Shown here one piece after another: positions 28,215-37,360 of a DNA stretch of 64,000 nucleotides. Position 1 is the stretch's first letter. Every line of letters begins with the position of its first letter. This DNA comes from an uncultured Phycisphaerales bacterium (GTDB lineage Bacteria; Planctomycetota; Phycisphaerae; Phycisphaerales; SM1A02). The position numbers were made by a program, and so were the translations under genes. The stretch is from assembly GCA_938084645.1 (NCBI GenBank), contig CALKEP010000015.1, positions 1 to 64,000 on the forward strand. Reading direction: 5' to 3'. The notes beneath the pieces are model-generated. The model worked only from the letters and a program-made list of their open reading frames with translations, did not search any database and was not told the origin of the DNA.

Positions 28215-28810
28215 CGGTGGTCCTCCGGCGCGTGATCGCGGAGTGTTTCGGCGAGGTGGGTCCGGGCGCGGGCGAGCAGCTTGTAGTAGCCGCTTCGGGA
28301 GATCCCGAGGGCGTTGCGGGCCGCGGTGACCGGATCGTGTTCGAGGTAGTGGAGATGGATCGCGAGGCGCTCGTCGTCGGCGAGTCCGTCGAGCGCGGAC
28401 TCGAGGGCGGCGAATCGTTCGCGACGGGCAAGCTCCCCGGGCGGCGTGAGCGAATCCGCACCGCCGTGGGTTCGGATGGCGGCGTTCATCGCATCGCCCT
28501 CGTGGCGACGCCGCCGGGACGCGGCGCGGGTGCGCTCGCGAACGACGAACTTCGCGATCCCGCAGAGCCACGCCCGGAGCCGGGTGCAGTCGTCGAGGGT
28601 GTCGAGCTTTCGATAGGCACGGATGAAGACCTCCTGGGTCGCGTCGTCGGCGTCGGACGGCGACCCGCTCGGTCCACCGACACCGCGGCGACGACAGATC
28701 GAAAACACCAGGGGGGCATGGCGGTCGTGGATTCGCCCGAAGGCGTCGAGATCCCCCGACCGGACCGCATCCAGATCATGGCAGTCGTGCGTCGTCACCA
28801 CTGGGTCCAT
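28211..28810 (-). CDS. ECF RNA polymerase sigma factor
   Basis: Region 2 'DADDATQEVFIRAY...LRAWLCGIA'; region 4 'LGISRSGYYKLLARAR'. Confidence 0.88.
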   Translation of the reverse strand: MDPVVTTHDCHDLDAVRSGDLDAFGRIHDRHAPLVFSICRRRGVGGPSGSPSDADDATQEVFIRAYRKLDTLDDCTRLRAWLCGIAKFVVRERTRAASRRRRHEGDAMNAAIRTHGGADSLTPPGELARRERFAALESALDGLADDERLAIHLHYLEHDPVTAARNALGISRSGYYKLLARARTHLAETLRDHAPEDHR

Positions 28811-28908
28811 GGCCGGTCTCCGGGTCGAGTCTCCGCGATTCCGAGGGAATTCGGGGAATCACTCGGGTTCGGTCGGAAAACAGGGTTCCTGTTCCGTTCA
28901 GGATCGTT

Positions 28909-30099
28909 TCACGGGGTCTTTGATGCGTTCGCGGTCTGGTCGGCCTGCTCCAGGATCGTGTCGAGATCCAGTCGCAGCAGTCCGATTCGAGCGTAGCCGG
29001 CCCCCTCGAAGAGAAGTCCGATCTCGCCGGGCTTCGTCAGCGACAACTGGCTGTACGCAAATCCACCCGGCACGATTTCGACCGGTCCGGACCAGGCTTC
29101 ACCAGCCGCATCGCTCACCGAGATCGACCCCAGCGCCCGGCGGGTCGGACTCCACGGTCCGGCGTAGAGGAGTCCGGTGCGTGAGCCCTCCTCCGAATCG
29201 ACGGCGAAGGGGATGATCGACGCCATGCAATGGGGTGAAGGAATCGCGGGGTCGTTCGAAAGCGGTGTCCAGGTCACGCCGCCGTCCGTCGACCGAGCGG
29301 TCTTGCGAGACTTCGGCGCCCCGTTGTGTCCACGAGCATTCAGGACGAGCGTCCCATCGGCGAGCGCCGCCACCGCGACCTCGTCACCGCCACCACCATC
29401 CGTGCCGTCGCCGACAAGCTCGCCACGCGTCCAGGTCACACCGCCGTCGTCGGAGTACAGCATGTAGATCCGAACCCGGGAGAGCGGTCCCTGCCGGTAC
29501 GGAATCACCAGTCGACCGGCGTGATCGCCCGTGGTGAGTTGGATGCCGACACCCGGGCTGCCGGCGAAGCTCGAGGTCGGACGGCGCACGATCTCGGTCA
29601 CGTCGCGCGGCTTCGACCACGTCTTCCCGCGATCGTCGGAGTGCATCACCCAGTTCCGCGAGCTCCGCGGCCCGTAGCCCGGTTCGACGCAGTTGGTGTG
29701 GCACCCTTCGGGGAAGGACATGTAGAAGAGGATCACCCGTCCGGTGTTCGGCCCTCGGCGGATCTCGACCGCCATCGGATCGTTCAGGGAGTCACCCCCC
29801 TGATCGTCGAGCACCTGAAGCGGTCCCCAGGTGTCGCCACCATCGGTCGATCGCTTGAGGATGATGTCGTTCTTCGCATGATCCCCCCCTGCACGCCCCT
29901 CGGCGAAGGCGAGCAGGGTTCCATCCACGAGCGTCAGCAGTGACGGGATCCGGATGTGGGAATAGGGGTCGACCCCGGCCTCGAAGACCACCACCGCCGG
30001 CACGCCGGAGACCGTCGTCGATCGCAGTCCGGGATTCGCCCCCGGCGGCTCGGCGAGCAGGACCAGGGGAAGAGACAGCGCGATGGCGAGGAGGTTCAT
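28909..30099 (-). CDS. Sialidase-family (GH33) BNR repeat protein
   Basis: 'IRIPSL' RIP motif; Asp-boxes 'STDGGDTW', 'SDDRGKTW', 'SDDGGVTW'; 'AYS' nucleophile Tyr. Confidence 0.88.
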   Translation of the reverse strand: MNLLAIALSLPLVLLAEPPGANPGLRSTTVSGVPAVVVFEAGVDPYSHIRIPSLLTLVDGTLLAFAEGRAGGDHAKNDIILKRSTDGGDTWGPLQVLDDQGGDSLNDPMAVEIRRGPNTGRVILFYMSFPEGCHTNCVEPGYGPRSSRNWVMHSDDRGKTWSKPRDVTEIVRRPTSSFAGSPGVGIQLTTGDHAGRLVIPYRQGPLSRVRIYMLYSDDGGVTWTRGELVGDGTDGGGGDEVAVAALADGTLVLNARGHNGAPKSRKTARSTDGGVTWTPLSNDPAIPSPHCMASIIPFAVDSEEGSRTGLLYAGPWSPTRRALGSISVSDAAGEAWSGPVEIVPGGFAYSQLSLTKPGEIGLLFEGAGYARIGLLRLDLDTILEQADQTANASKTP

Positions 30100-30197
30100 G
30101 GGCACACCTTCGACGGCTGGTGCCTGATCGTCAACCTCGGTGTCCACTCGGGCCCGATGTCGTCAGGAAACCCGATGCGGGGTGTTACGATCGCAGC

Positions 30198-31637
30198 ATG
30201 ACTGAATTCCTCTGGTTGCTTTCCGGTCTGATCGTGGGTGGAGGTTTCGCCGCCCTCGGCGTCTCGCTCTGGAACGGTCGTCGACAGGGCGACCTGCGAT
30301 CCCGGCTCGCCGCCGCGGAGGAACGCGTCGCCGCCGCCGATGAACGCGCATCGGATGCCGAATCGAGATCCGAGGCGTCCCGCGACGAACTCGACCGTCT
30401 CGTGTCCGCGCGCGACGAAGCCATGCAGTCCGCCGAAGCGGCCCGGCTCGAGACCATGCGGGTCGAAGGCGATCTCAAGGCGGCCCGTGAACGCCACGAG
30501 GAACACGCCCGCGGCATCGAAGAGGCTCGAAAACGATTCGAGGAGACGTTCAAGGCGCTCGGCGTGGAAGCGTTGAAGTCCAGCAGCGACCAGTTCATGG
30601 AACTCGCGAAGGCGCACTTCGAGACGGCGAAGGAGCGGATCGACGGCGATCTCGAGAAGCGTCACGAGAAACTGGAGTCGATGCTCAAGCCGATGAAGGA
30701 GACGATGGCCAAGCAGCAGGAGTCGCTTCAGGAGCTCGAAGTGAAGCGGGAGAAGGCCTACGCCGGCATCGAGGAGCAGATGAAGGTCATCTCGGAGGGG
30801 CACAAGTCGCTCCGGGACGAGACCGGCAAGCTGGTCAGCGCCCTTCGGCGACCCGAACAACGCGGCCGATGGGGCGAGATGCAGCTTCGCAACATCGTCG
30901 AACTCGCCGGCATGTCGGAACACTGCGACTTCCGCGAACAGGTCACGGTCAAGGTCGCGGGCAGTGATTCGACGCTGCGACCCGACATGATCGTCAACCT
31001 CCCCGGCGGCGGCGAGATCGTGGTGGATTCCAAGGTCGCGATCGACGCCTATCTCGACATGCTGGAAAGCGGTTCGCCCGAACAGCGGGATGGCCAGCTT
31101 CGCCGCCATGCCGCGGCGGTCGAGAAGCACGTCAAGGATCTCGGGGACAAGAAGTACTGGAAGCAGTTCGAACGGACGCCCCGCATCGTCGTGATGTTCA
31201 TGCCGATCGAAAGCGCCCTGGTCGCGGCACTCGAGCGAAATCCGGACCTCCAGTACCAGTCGATGCAGAATCGCGTTCTGATCTGCACACCGACGCTTCT
31301 GGTCGGGCTGCTCCAGGCCGTGGCCTACGGATGGAACGAGGAGAAGATCGCCGCCAACGCCCGCGAGATCTCCAAGGTCGGCGCCGAGCTCTACGACCGA
31401 ATCGCGAAGTTCACGAAGCATCTCACCGAAGTGGGAACGAAGCTCCGACAGGGCACCGAGAGTTACAACAAGGCGATCGGTTCCCTCGAGAGTCGGGTCC
31501 TGCCATCCACGAAGCAGCTCCGCGATCTCCACGCCACGCAGGAATCCGAGATCGAGTCCCCGAAGCCGCTCGAACTCGAGGTTCGTCGCGTGGGCCGGGA
31601 GGAGCTGCTGCTTCCCGAGACCGCCACGGAAGATTGA
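30198..31637 (+). CDS. rmuC: DNA recombination protein RmuC
   Basis: TM plus coiled coil; 'RGRWGEMQL', 'RPDMIVNLPG', 'VDSK', 'VMFMP'. Confidence 0.93.
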   Translation: MTEFLWLLSGLIVGGGFAALGVSLWNGRRQGDLRSRLAAAEERVAAADERASDAESRSEASRDELDRLVSARDEAMQSAEAARLETMRVEGDLKAARERHEEHARGIEEARKRFEETFKALGVEALKSSSDQFMELAKAHFETAKERIDGDLEKRHEKLESMLKPMKETMAKQQESLQELEVKREKAYAGIEEQMKVISEGHKSLRDETGKLVSALRRPEQRGRWGEMQLRNIVELAGMSEHCDFREQVTVKVAGSDSTLRPDMIVNLPGGGEIVVDSKVAIDAYLDMLESGSPEQRDGQLRRHAAAVEKHVKDLGDKKYWKQFERTPRIVVMFMPIESALVAALERNPDLQYQSMQNRVLICTPTLLVGLLQAVAYGWNEEKIAANAREISKVGAELYDRIAKFTKHLTEVGTKLRQGTESYNKAIGSLESRVLPSTKQLRDLHATQESEIESPKPLELEVRRVGREELLLPETATED

Positions 31638-31672
31638 ACGATTCCGCCCGCACCATCAAGGATCTTCGTTCC

Positions 31673-33061
31673 ATGATCGACCACCCCTCCAGAACCGGAT
31701 CGACCCGGATCGCCGACAACGCCGCCGCCGTGATGATCGGCATGATCGGGATGATCTCGCTGCTCGGGCCGAGCCTGTCCGCCCACGCGGCGACCACGCA
31801 CGGAACCGATTCCAGCGACATCGATCCGCCCGCGGCCCGCGGGGCCTATGCGGTGCAGACGACGCCCGACGGCGACGGCGTCATCGCCAGCTGGATCGAG
31901 TCCGGAACGTCACCGGGCATCGTGGAGATTCGATTCGCCCGCCTGTCCTCGGACCCGGAAGATCCGACCACGCTCGCCTGGTCTTCGCCGAGGACGATGA
32001 CCGCCGCCGACGATCTCTTCGCCAACTGGGCGGATCGACCCGCGATCCATCGTGCACTGGACGGCGGATTGATCGGTCACCGCCTCCGCAAGATCGGCAC
32101 GGGAACCTACGCATACGGGGTGATGCTGTCGCGGTCGGACGACGAGGGCCGGACCTGGTCCGATCTCGGTTGGCTGCACGACGACCAGAAGGCGGTCGAA
32201 CACGGATTCGTCTCCGCGGTTCCGACCGGCGATGGTCTTCGATACGTGTGGCTCGACGGCCGACAGATGACCCCGGGTTCTGGCCATGGTGGTGATGATG
32301 GACATGGTCACGACGCGAGCGGCGCCATGTCGCTCCGCACCGCCGTGCTCGACGCCGAAGACGCGTCGAAGACGATCGTCTCCACGTCCCTCGATGCCCG
32401 GGTGTGTGAATGCTGCGACACCGACCTCGCGATGACGAACGAAGGGCCGGTCGTGGTGTACCGGGACCGCGGGCCCAATGAAGAACGAGACATCTTCATC
32501 GTCCGGCAGACCGCCGAAGGCTGGACCACGCCGATGCCGGTCGCTCGTGACGGTTGGATCTTTCCCGCCTGTCCGGTCAATGGGCCGAGCGTGACGGCGG
32601 CAGGTGCGGAGGTCGCGGTCGCGTGGTTCACCGCGGCGGGCGACGACGGACCGAGGGTGCTTGCGAGCCGGAGCGGTGACGGTGGACGGACGTTCTCGAA
32701 CCCGGTCACGGTCGCCCGGTCCACGATCGGGCGAACCGATGTGCTGATGCTTCCCGATGGGGACGCCGTCGTGCTCTGGATCGATCGACGCGAGCCCGCC
32801 TCCAGCGATTTCGTCGCACCGGTCGACGACCGGGACGAGCTTGGCTCCATCGCCCTGCGCAGACTCGCCCGCGACGGTTCCCTCGGCCCCGTGTCGCTGC
32901 TCGAACCGATGGATCTCGGGCGGCGAGCGGGCTTTCCGCGGATGGAGCTGCTGCCGGCCGATGAGAACACCGGACGGGGTCCCGTTCTGGTGCTCGTCTG
33001 GCGGGACGAGACGACCGACCGCCTGCGATCCCGATCCATCCCCCTCACCGATCTCCGGTGA
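31673..33061 (+). CDS. Exported BNR beta-propeller protein with CECC and CPVNGP motifs
   Basis: 'NWADRP', 'SDDEGRTW', 'EHGFVS', 'WLDGR', 'VCECC', 'CPVNGP'. Confidence 0.75.
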   Translation: MIDHPSRTGSTRIADNAAAVMIGMIGMISLLGPSLSAHAATTHGTDSSDIDPPAARGAYAVQTTPDGDGVIASWIESGTSPGIVEIRFARLSSDPEDPTTLAWSSPRTMTAADDLFANWADRPAIHRALDGGLIGHRLRKIGTGTYAYGVMLSRSDDEGRTWSDLGWLHDDQKAVEHGFVSAVPTGDGLRYVWLDGRQMTPGSGHGGDDGHGHDASGAMSLRTAVLDAEDASKTIVSTSLDARVCECCDTDLAMTNEGPVVVYRDRGPNEERDIFIVRQTAEGWTTPMPVARDGWIFPACPVNGPSVTAAGAEVAVAWFTAAGDDGPRVLASRSGDGGRTFSNPVTVARSTIGRTDVLMLPDGDAVVLWIDRREPASSDFVAPVDDRDELGSIALRRLARDGSLGPVSLLEPMDLGRRAGFPRMELLPADENTGRGPVLVLVWRDETTDRLRSRSIPLTDLR

Positions 33062-33068
33062 TTCGGAA

Positions 33069-34298
33069 TCAGGCCGGCTGAATCGATCGGTTCCGTCCCG
33101 CGATCAGCAACGCCGCGGCGATCAGCGCCGCCAATCCACCGATCAGGATCGGATACTGCGGTGCGAAACCCGCGAGGATCCCGCCTCCGAAGCAGAGCAG
33201 GGCGGAGCCGAACACCCGGATCGAGTGGGCGACCCCCAGCATTCTCCCCTGCGCCGCTTCGCCGGCGGTATCCGAGAGCAGGGCCGACATGTTCGTGGTG
33301 GCCAGCGACATCGCGACGCCGACCAGCGGCAGGATCACGATGAGCCACTGCCATCGATCCGGTGCGACCTGGAACCCGAGCAGCACCGCGAGCGCGATCG
33401 CGCTGGCGGTGGTGGCCGCGCGTGGAGCAAGGCGACGACCGACCGGTCGGATCAGGAACCACTGCGTGGCGACCATCGCGATGCTCGTATACGACATCAG
33501 CCAACCCACGTCGGCCGATGTGAACGACCACTTCTGGACGAAGAACACGGAATTGAACTGGAAGACGAAGTCGATTCCGAGGTAGAGGAAGAAGTTCACC
33601 AGCAGGAGCATTCGAAACGACGGCATTCGGAACGCGTCGCCGAATTCGATGATCGCGCCGCGGCGTTCGGGAATGATCGCGGATTCGGCCCCCGTTCCGG
33701 TTTCAGGTTCGGCGGCCGGGAATCGCCAGAGGACGAGCAGGACCGACGCGATGTAGATCGTTCCCGCGACCACGAAGACGAGTGGATAGGACGCCCAGTC
33801 GAAGCTCTTCCGATCGGCGAGATGGCCGCCGATCGCCGGCGCGAAGACGTATGCGAGACTGCTTGCGAGATAGACGTATCCGAATCGCCGGGTCTTCTCG
33901 ACGCCGGACCAGCGATGCGCCACCTCCGCCTGAGCGAGCACGAGCAGCACGCCGGTGAATCCGATCAGGAACTGACTGAGGACGATGAGCCACACCTGAT
34001 CGATGCCGATCGACCACGCGATCGCGAAGTTCCCGAGCCCGGTGATGCCCATCGCCGCCGCGAGGACGGTGCGTCGCCCATGTCGATCCGAAAGACGCCC
34101 GAGCAGTGGCGATCCGAAGAACTCACCGAGGCGCATCATCCCCATCGCGACACCGAGCAGGAAGACCCGCTGCGCCATGCTCGTTCCGTCGGGCAGGACG
34201 CCGTGCTCGACGGGATGAAGGAACATGGGCGAGAGCACCGGCGACACCAGCGCGCCACCGAAGAACCCGAGAAACACCAGGATGTAGATGATCGGCAT
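33069..34298 (-). CDS. MFS transporter (TetA/DHA1-like)
   Basis: Motif A 'GRLSDRHGRR'; about 12 TM helices. Confidence 0.9.
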   Translation of the reverse strand: MPIIYILVFLGFFGGALVSPVLSPMFLHPVEHGVLPDGTSMAQRVFLLGVAMGMMRLGEFFGSPLLGRLSDRHGRRTVLAAAMGITGLGNFAIAWSIGIDQVWLIVLSQFLIGFTGVLLVLAQAEVAHRWSGVEKTRRFGYVYLASSLAYVFAPAIGGHLADRKSFDWASYPLVFVVAGTIYIASVLLVLWRFPAAEPETGTGAESAIIPERRGAIIEFGDAFRMPSFRMLLLVNFFLYLGIDFVFQFNSVFFVQKWSFTSADVGWLMSYTSIAMVATQWFLIRPVGRRLAPRAATTASAIALAVLLGFQVAPDRWQWLIVILPLVGVAMSLATTNMSALLSDTAGEAAQGRMLGVAHSIRVFGSALLCFGGGILAGFAPQYPILIGGLAALIAAALLIAGRNRSIQPA

Positions 34299-34408
34299 GG
34301 GTCGGGGAGGTCCGGTGGCGTTCGTCAGGAACGTTCACCGTACCGAGGTGCGACTCCGTCCAGTCCCCGACCGTGTCCCCGAGGCTCGATCCGGAGGCCG
34401 GGTGCGAC

Positions 34409-36076
34409 TCAGGAGGTTCCCGCGGATGCAGGCTTCCCGGTCGCAGCGACCCCGGCGGGCTTGCCGCCGGGGCGGCCCGCGGGCTTTCCACCCGGGATGC
34501 CCTCGGGACGTCCGCCGCCGAACATCCCCCCGCCCGACGTGGTGTCGATCTCGGAGACGATCTCGCCCGCGGTGGGGCGACGGAGAAGCACGTCTTCACC
34601 TTCCTCGAGGCCGGAGACGATCTCGACCTCCATTTCGCTCGCGCGTCCGATCTCGACCGGGGTCTGGGCGAAACCACCTTCGGAAACGGTGTAGACGTAG
34701 GCCATCGGACCGGCTCGGAAGACGGACTGGATGGGTGCCGTGATCGCGTCTTCGACCTTGCCGAGCAAAATCTCGCCCCGACATCGCATCGACGGCTTCA
34801 GGCCGAGTTCAGGATCGGCGTCCAGGACGACCCGCACGGTGTAGTCGCGGCGATTCGGATCACGCCAACCGCCACCCTCCGCAAGCACACTGACCCCGAG
34901 CACGGTGCCGGAGATCGCCGTCCCGGGGACCGAGTCACTGTAGATGACGGCGGACTGCCCTTTCTTGATTCGACCGCTGAGCGCCTCGCCGACCTTCATG
35001 CTCGCGATCATGCGACTGGTGTCGGGGAGGATCATCACGAGTTCGTTCTGACGGAGTTCGGTACCGACCTGCGGAGGCGGGTCGTTGTCACGACCTCGAC
35101 GCTCACCGCCCGAAAGGCTCGACGCGAAGACCACGAGACCGTCGTTCGGAGCTTCGATGATGCACGCCTTCAACTGTTCCCTGAGGTCGCTGAGCCGCTC
35201 GATCGCGGTGTCCCGCTTGAAGTGAGCGCTCTCGACGTCGGCTTCGATCTTCACGATCTCCGCCTCATGACGCTGACGAACCCGCGCCTTCTCGGCGTTG
35301 CTCTGCTCCACCGCGGATCGCTTGGTCGCCTCTTCCTGCTTGATCGTGTAGTTCTCGTAGATCTTCTTCGCGAGCTCGAATTCCTTGACTCTGGCTTCGG
35401 CTTCGATCATCGCGATCCGATCCGCCTCGTACTCGTCGAAGGAGACCCAGCCGTTGCCGAGGAGCTTCTCCGCGTCGGCCGCTCTGCGAACCGTGCGGTC
35501 CCGATTGATGCGAGCCGTCTCGATGTCGAGATTCAGTTTCTGCCGACTGGTGACGACGCCACCCTCTTCCCAGGCCTTGAGATCCAGGTTGGCGATCTCG
35601 ATCTCGAGATCCGCCTTCTCGAGATCGCTCGCCATCGTCGACCTCCGGATCGCGAGGGACTGCTCCGCCGCGACCACGGCGCTCTCGGCGGTCTGGACCT
35701 TGTCTTCTCCATCCTTGATCTTGTCGACCAACTCGTCGTCAGCGAGCCGCAGGATGATGTCGCCCTTCCGGACGAAAGAGCCTTCTCCGACCACTTCGGT
35801 GATCACCGCGCGGCCTTCGAGGAGGTTTCGAATCTCGACCTGACTCCCGGCGACGAGTTCACCGCTGACCGGGATCATGATGTCGAAATCACCGCGATCG
35901 ACCTTGTGCATGTCCGATGCTTCGACCGCCGAGGCGGGCGTCGAGTCACCACCCAGGGTCAACGCGAGGGTCGTACCGACCACTGCGAGCACCAGGATCC
36001 CAACCACCCAGGAAACGGCCTTTCCCGAACGACGTGTGGTCATGGAAGCATCAATAAGGCGTGAGACTGGTCGCAT
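34409..36076 (-). CDS. Efflux periplasmic adaptor (HlyD/MacA-like)
   Basis: 'GEGSFVRKGD', long coiled coil, 'IEAPNDGLV', 'LKPSM', 'SGLEEGE'. Confidence 0.88.
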   Translation of the reverse strand: MRPVSRLIDASMTTRRSGKAVSWVVGILVLAVVGTTLALTLGGDSTPASAVEASDMHKVDRGDFDIMIPVSGELVAGSQVEIRNLLEGRAVITEVVGEGSFVRKGDIILRLADDELVDKIKDGEDKVQTAESAVVAAEQSLAIRRSTMASDLEKADLEIEIANLDLKAWEEGGVVTSRQKLNLDIETARINRDRTVRRAADAEKLLGNGWVSFDEYEADRIAMIEAEARVKEFELAKKIYENYTIKQEEATKRSAVEQSNAEKARVRQRHEAEIVKIEADVESAHFKRDTAIERLSDLREQLKACIIEAPNDGLVVFASSLSGGERRGRDNDPPPQVGTELRQNELVMILPDTSRMIASMKVGEALSGRIKKGQSAVIYSDSVPGTAISGTVLGVSVLAEGGGWRDPNRRDYTVRVVLDADPELGLKPSMRCRGEILLGKVEDAITAPIQSVFRAGPMAYVYTVSEGGFAQTPVEIGRASEMEVEIVSGLEEGEDVLLRRPTAGEIVSEIDTTSGGGMFGGGRPEGIPGGKPAGRPGGKPAGVAATGKPASAGTS

Positions 36077-36352
36077 GGCGGTTCCTGACGAGAAACGGGG
36101 GTTGAGCCGACACAGGGGTGATCGGCCCGCAGGTGGTCTGTTCTACTAGAACGAGCGTTTTCCGTTGCAGATTGGCTCCGAAAAACGCTTGAACAGGGCA
36201 GACCTACAGCCGGAGGCGGTCCACCCTCGTCGATGCGTTCGGCGGGGGGGATCGCAGGATTCAGGCCGGACCGGGCAGGGTCGCCCCTTTCTCGAGATCG
36301 AAGCGCCGGAAACGCCTCCCGCGAGATCGGGACGGGGGTACCTTCTCCCGGA

Positions 36353-37291
36353 ATGCGCCTGACTCCTCTCACCGCCGATCTTCTCATGCTCATCGCCGCG
36401 GCGATCTGGGGATTCGGGTTCATCGCCCAGAAAGAGGCCATGGATGAGGTCGGGCCCCTGACCTTCAATGCCGTCCGCTTCGCGATCGGTGCCCTCGCCG
36501 TGGCTCCCCTGCGACTCTTCATTCCACGGGTCAAGCCCGCCCCCACCCCGGAGGGACGGCGTGCCGAACGATCACTCCTGATTCGTGGATCGATTCTGCT
36601 CGGGCTGGTCGTCGCCCTCGCGTCCGCATTCCAGCAGTGGGGAATCGTTGGAACCGATGCGGGACCGGCTGGATTCATCACCGGGCTTTATGTCGTCTTC
36701 ACGCCGTTGGTCGGCTTGTTGATCGGCATCCGAACCGGACTCGCCACCTGGCTGGGGTGCGGCCTTGCCGTCGTGGGAATGTGGTTTCTCGGCGTGAAGG
36801 CTGATACCGGTGGATTTCAGATCGACATTCCGTCACTGCTGGTCCTGCTCGGCGCGGTCGGCTGGGCGGTGCAGGTACAGATCGTCGGTCGGTACTCACC
36901 AAAGACCGACCCGATCGAACTCACCGTGCTTCAGTTCACGGTTGTCGCCATCACCACTTTCATCGCGGCCCTTCTGATCGAAGGGCCAGAACAGGCCCTT
37001 GGCATCGGCCGAGCCCTTCGCGAGGCGACCTGGGAGATCCTCTATTCCGGAGTCCTCGCGATCGGCGTCGCCTTCTTCCTTCAGATCGTCGCCCAGCGAA
37101 AGTCTCCCCCGGCTCACGTCGCGATCCTGCTGAGCCTCGAAGCGGTGTTCGCCGCACTTGGTGGATGGTGGTTGCTGGGCGAGACCTACGACGAACGAAC
37201 CATGATCGGGTGCGGGTTCATGTTGGCCGGGATCGTCGCCAGCCAGCTTCCCCGATTCGTCGGCCGAAGAGCTCCAGTATCCCAGCCATGA
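36353..37291 (+). CDS. DMT/EamA family transporter
   Basis: 'AAIWGFGF', 'GFITGLYVVFTP', 'ILLSLEAVFA'; about 10 TM helices. Confidence 0.92.
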   Translation: MRLTPLTADLLMLIAAAIWGFGFIAQKEAMDEVGPLTFNAVRFAIGALAVAPLRLFIPRVKPAPTPEGRRAERSLLIRGSILLGLVVALASAFQQWGIVGTDAGPAGFITGLYVVFTPLVGLLIGIRTGLATWLGCGLAVVGMWFLGVKADTGGFQIDIPSLLVLLGAVGWAVQVQIVGRYSPKTDPIELTVLQFTVVAITTFIAALLIEGPEQALGIGRALREATWEILYSGVLAIGVAFFLQIVAQRKSPPAHVAILLSLEAVFAALGGWWLLGETYDERTMIGCGFMLAGIVASQLPRFVGRRAPVSQP

Positions 37292-37360
37292 TGCGGCTTT
37301 TCGTGGCTCAAACGCCTGATTCGAGGTCGGAGGATCCCGTCGTACCACTACAGTGGAGAC

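Noticed and set aside
28215..28571. Extended N-terminus of the 1421-aa ORF
   Set aside because: It overlaps the ECF sigma gene in another frame; the ATGA-coupled start at 28214 is more plausible.
36136..36205. GTTCTA-C-TAGAAC palindrome and flanking inverted repeats
   Set aside because: Short and imperfect; the spacing does not match LexA boxes I know, so it cannot be distinguished from chance.
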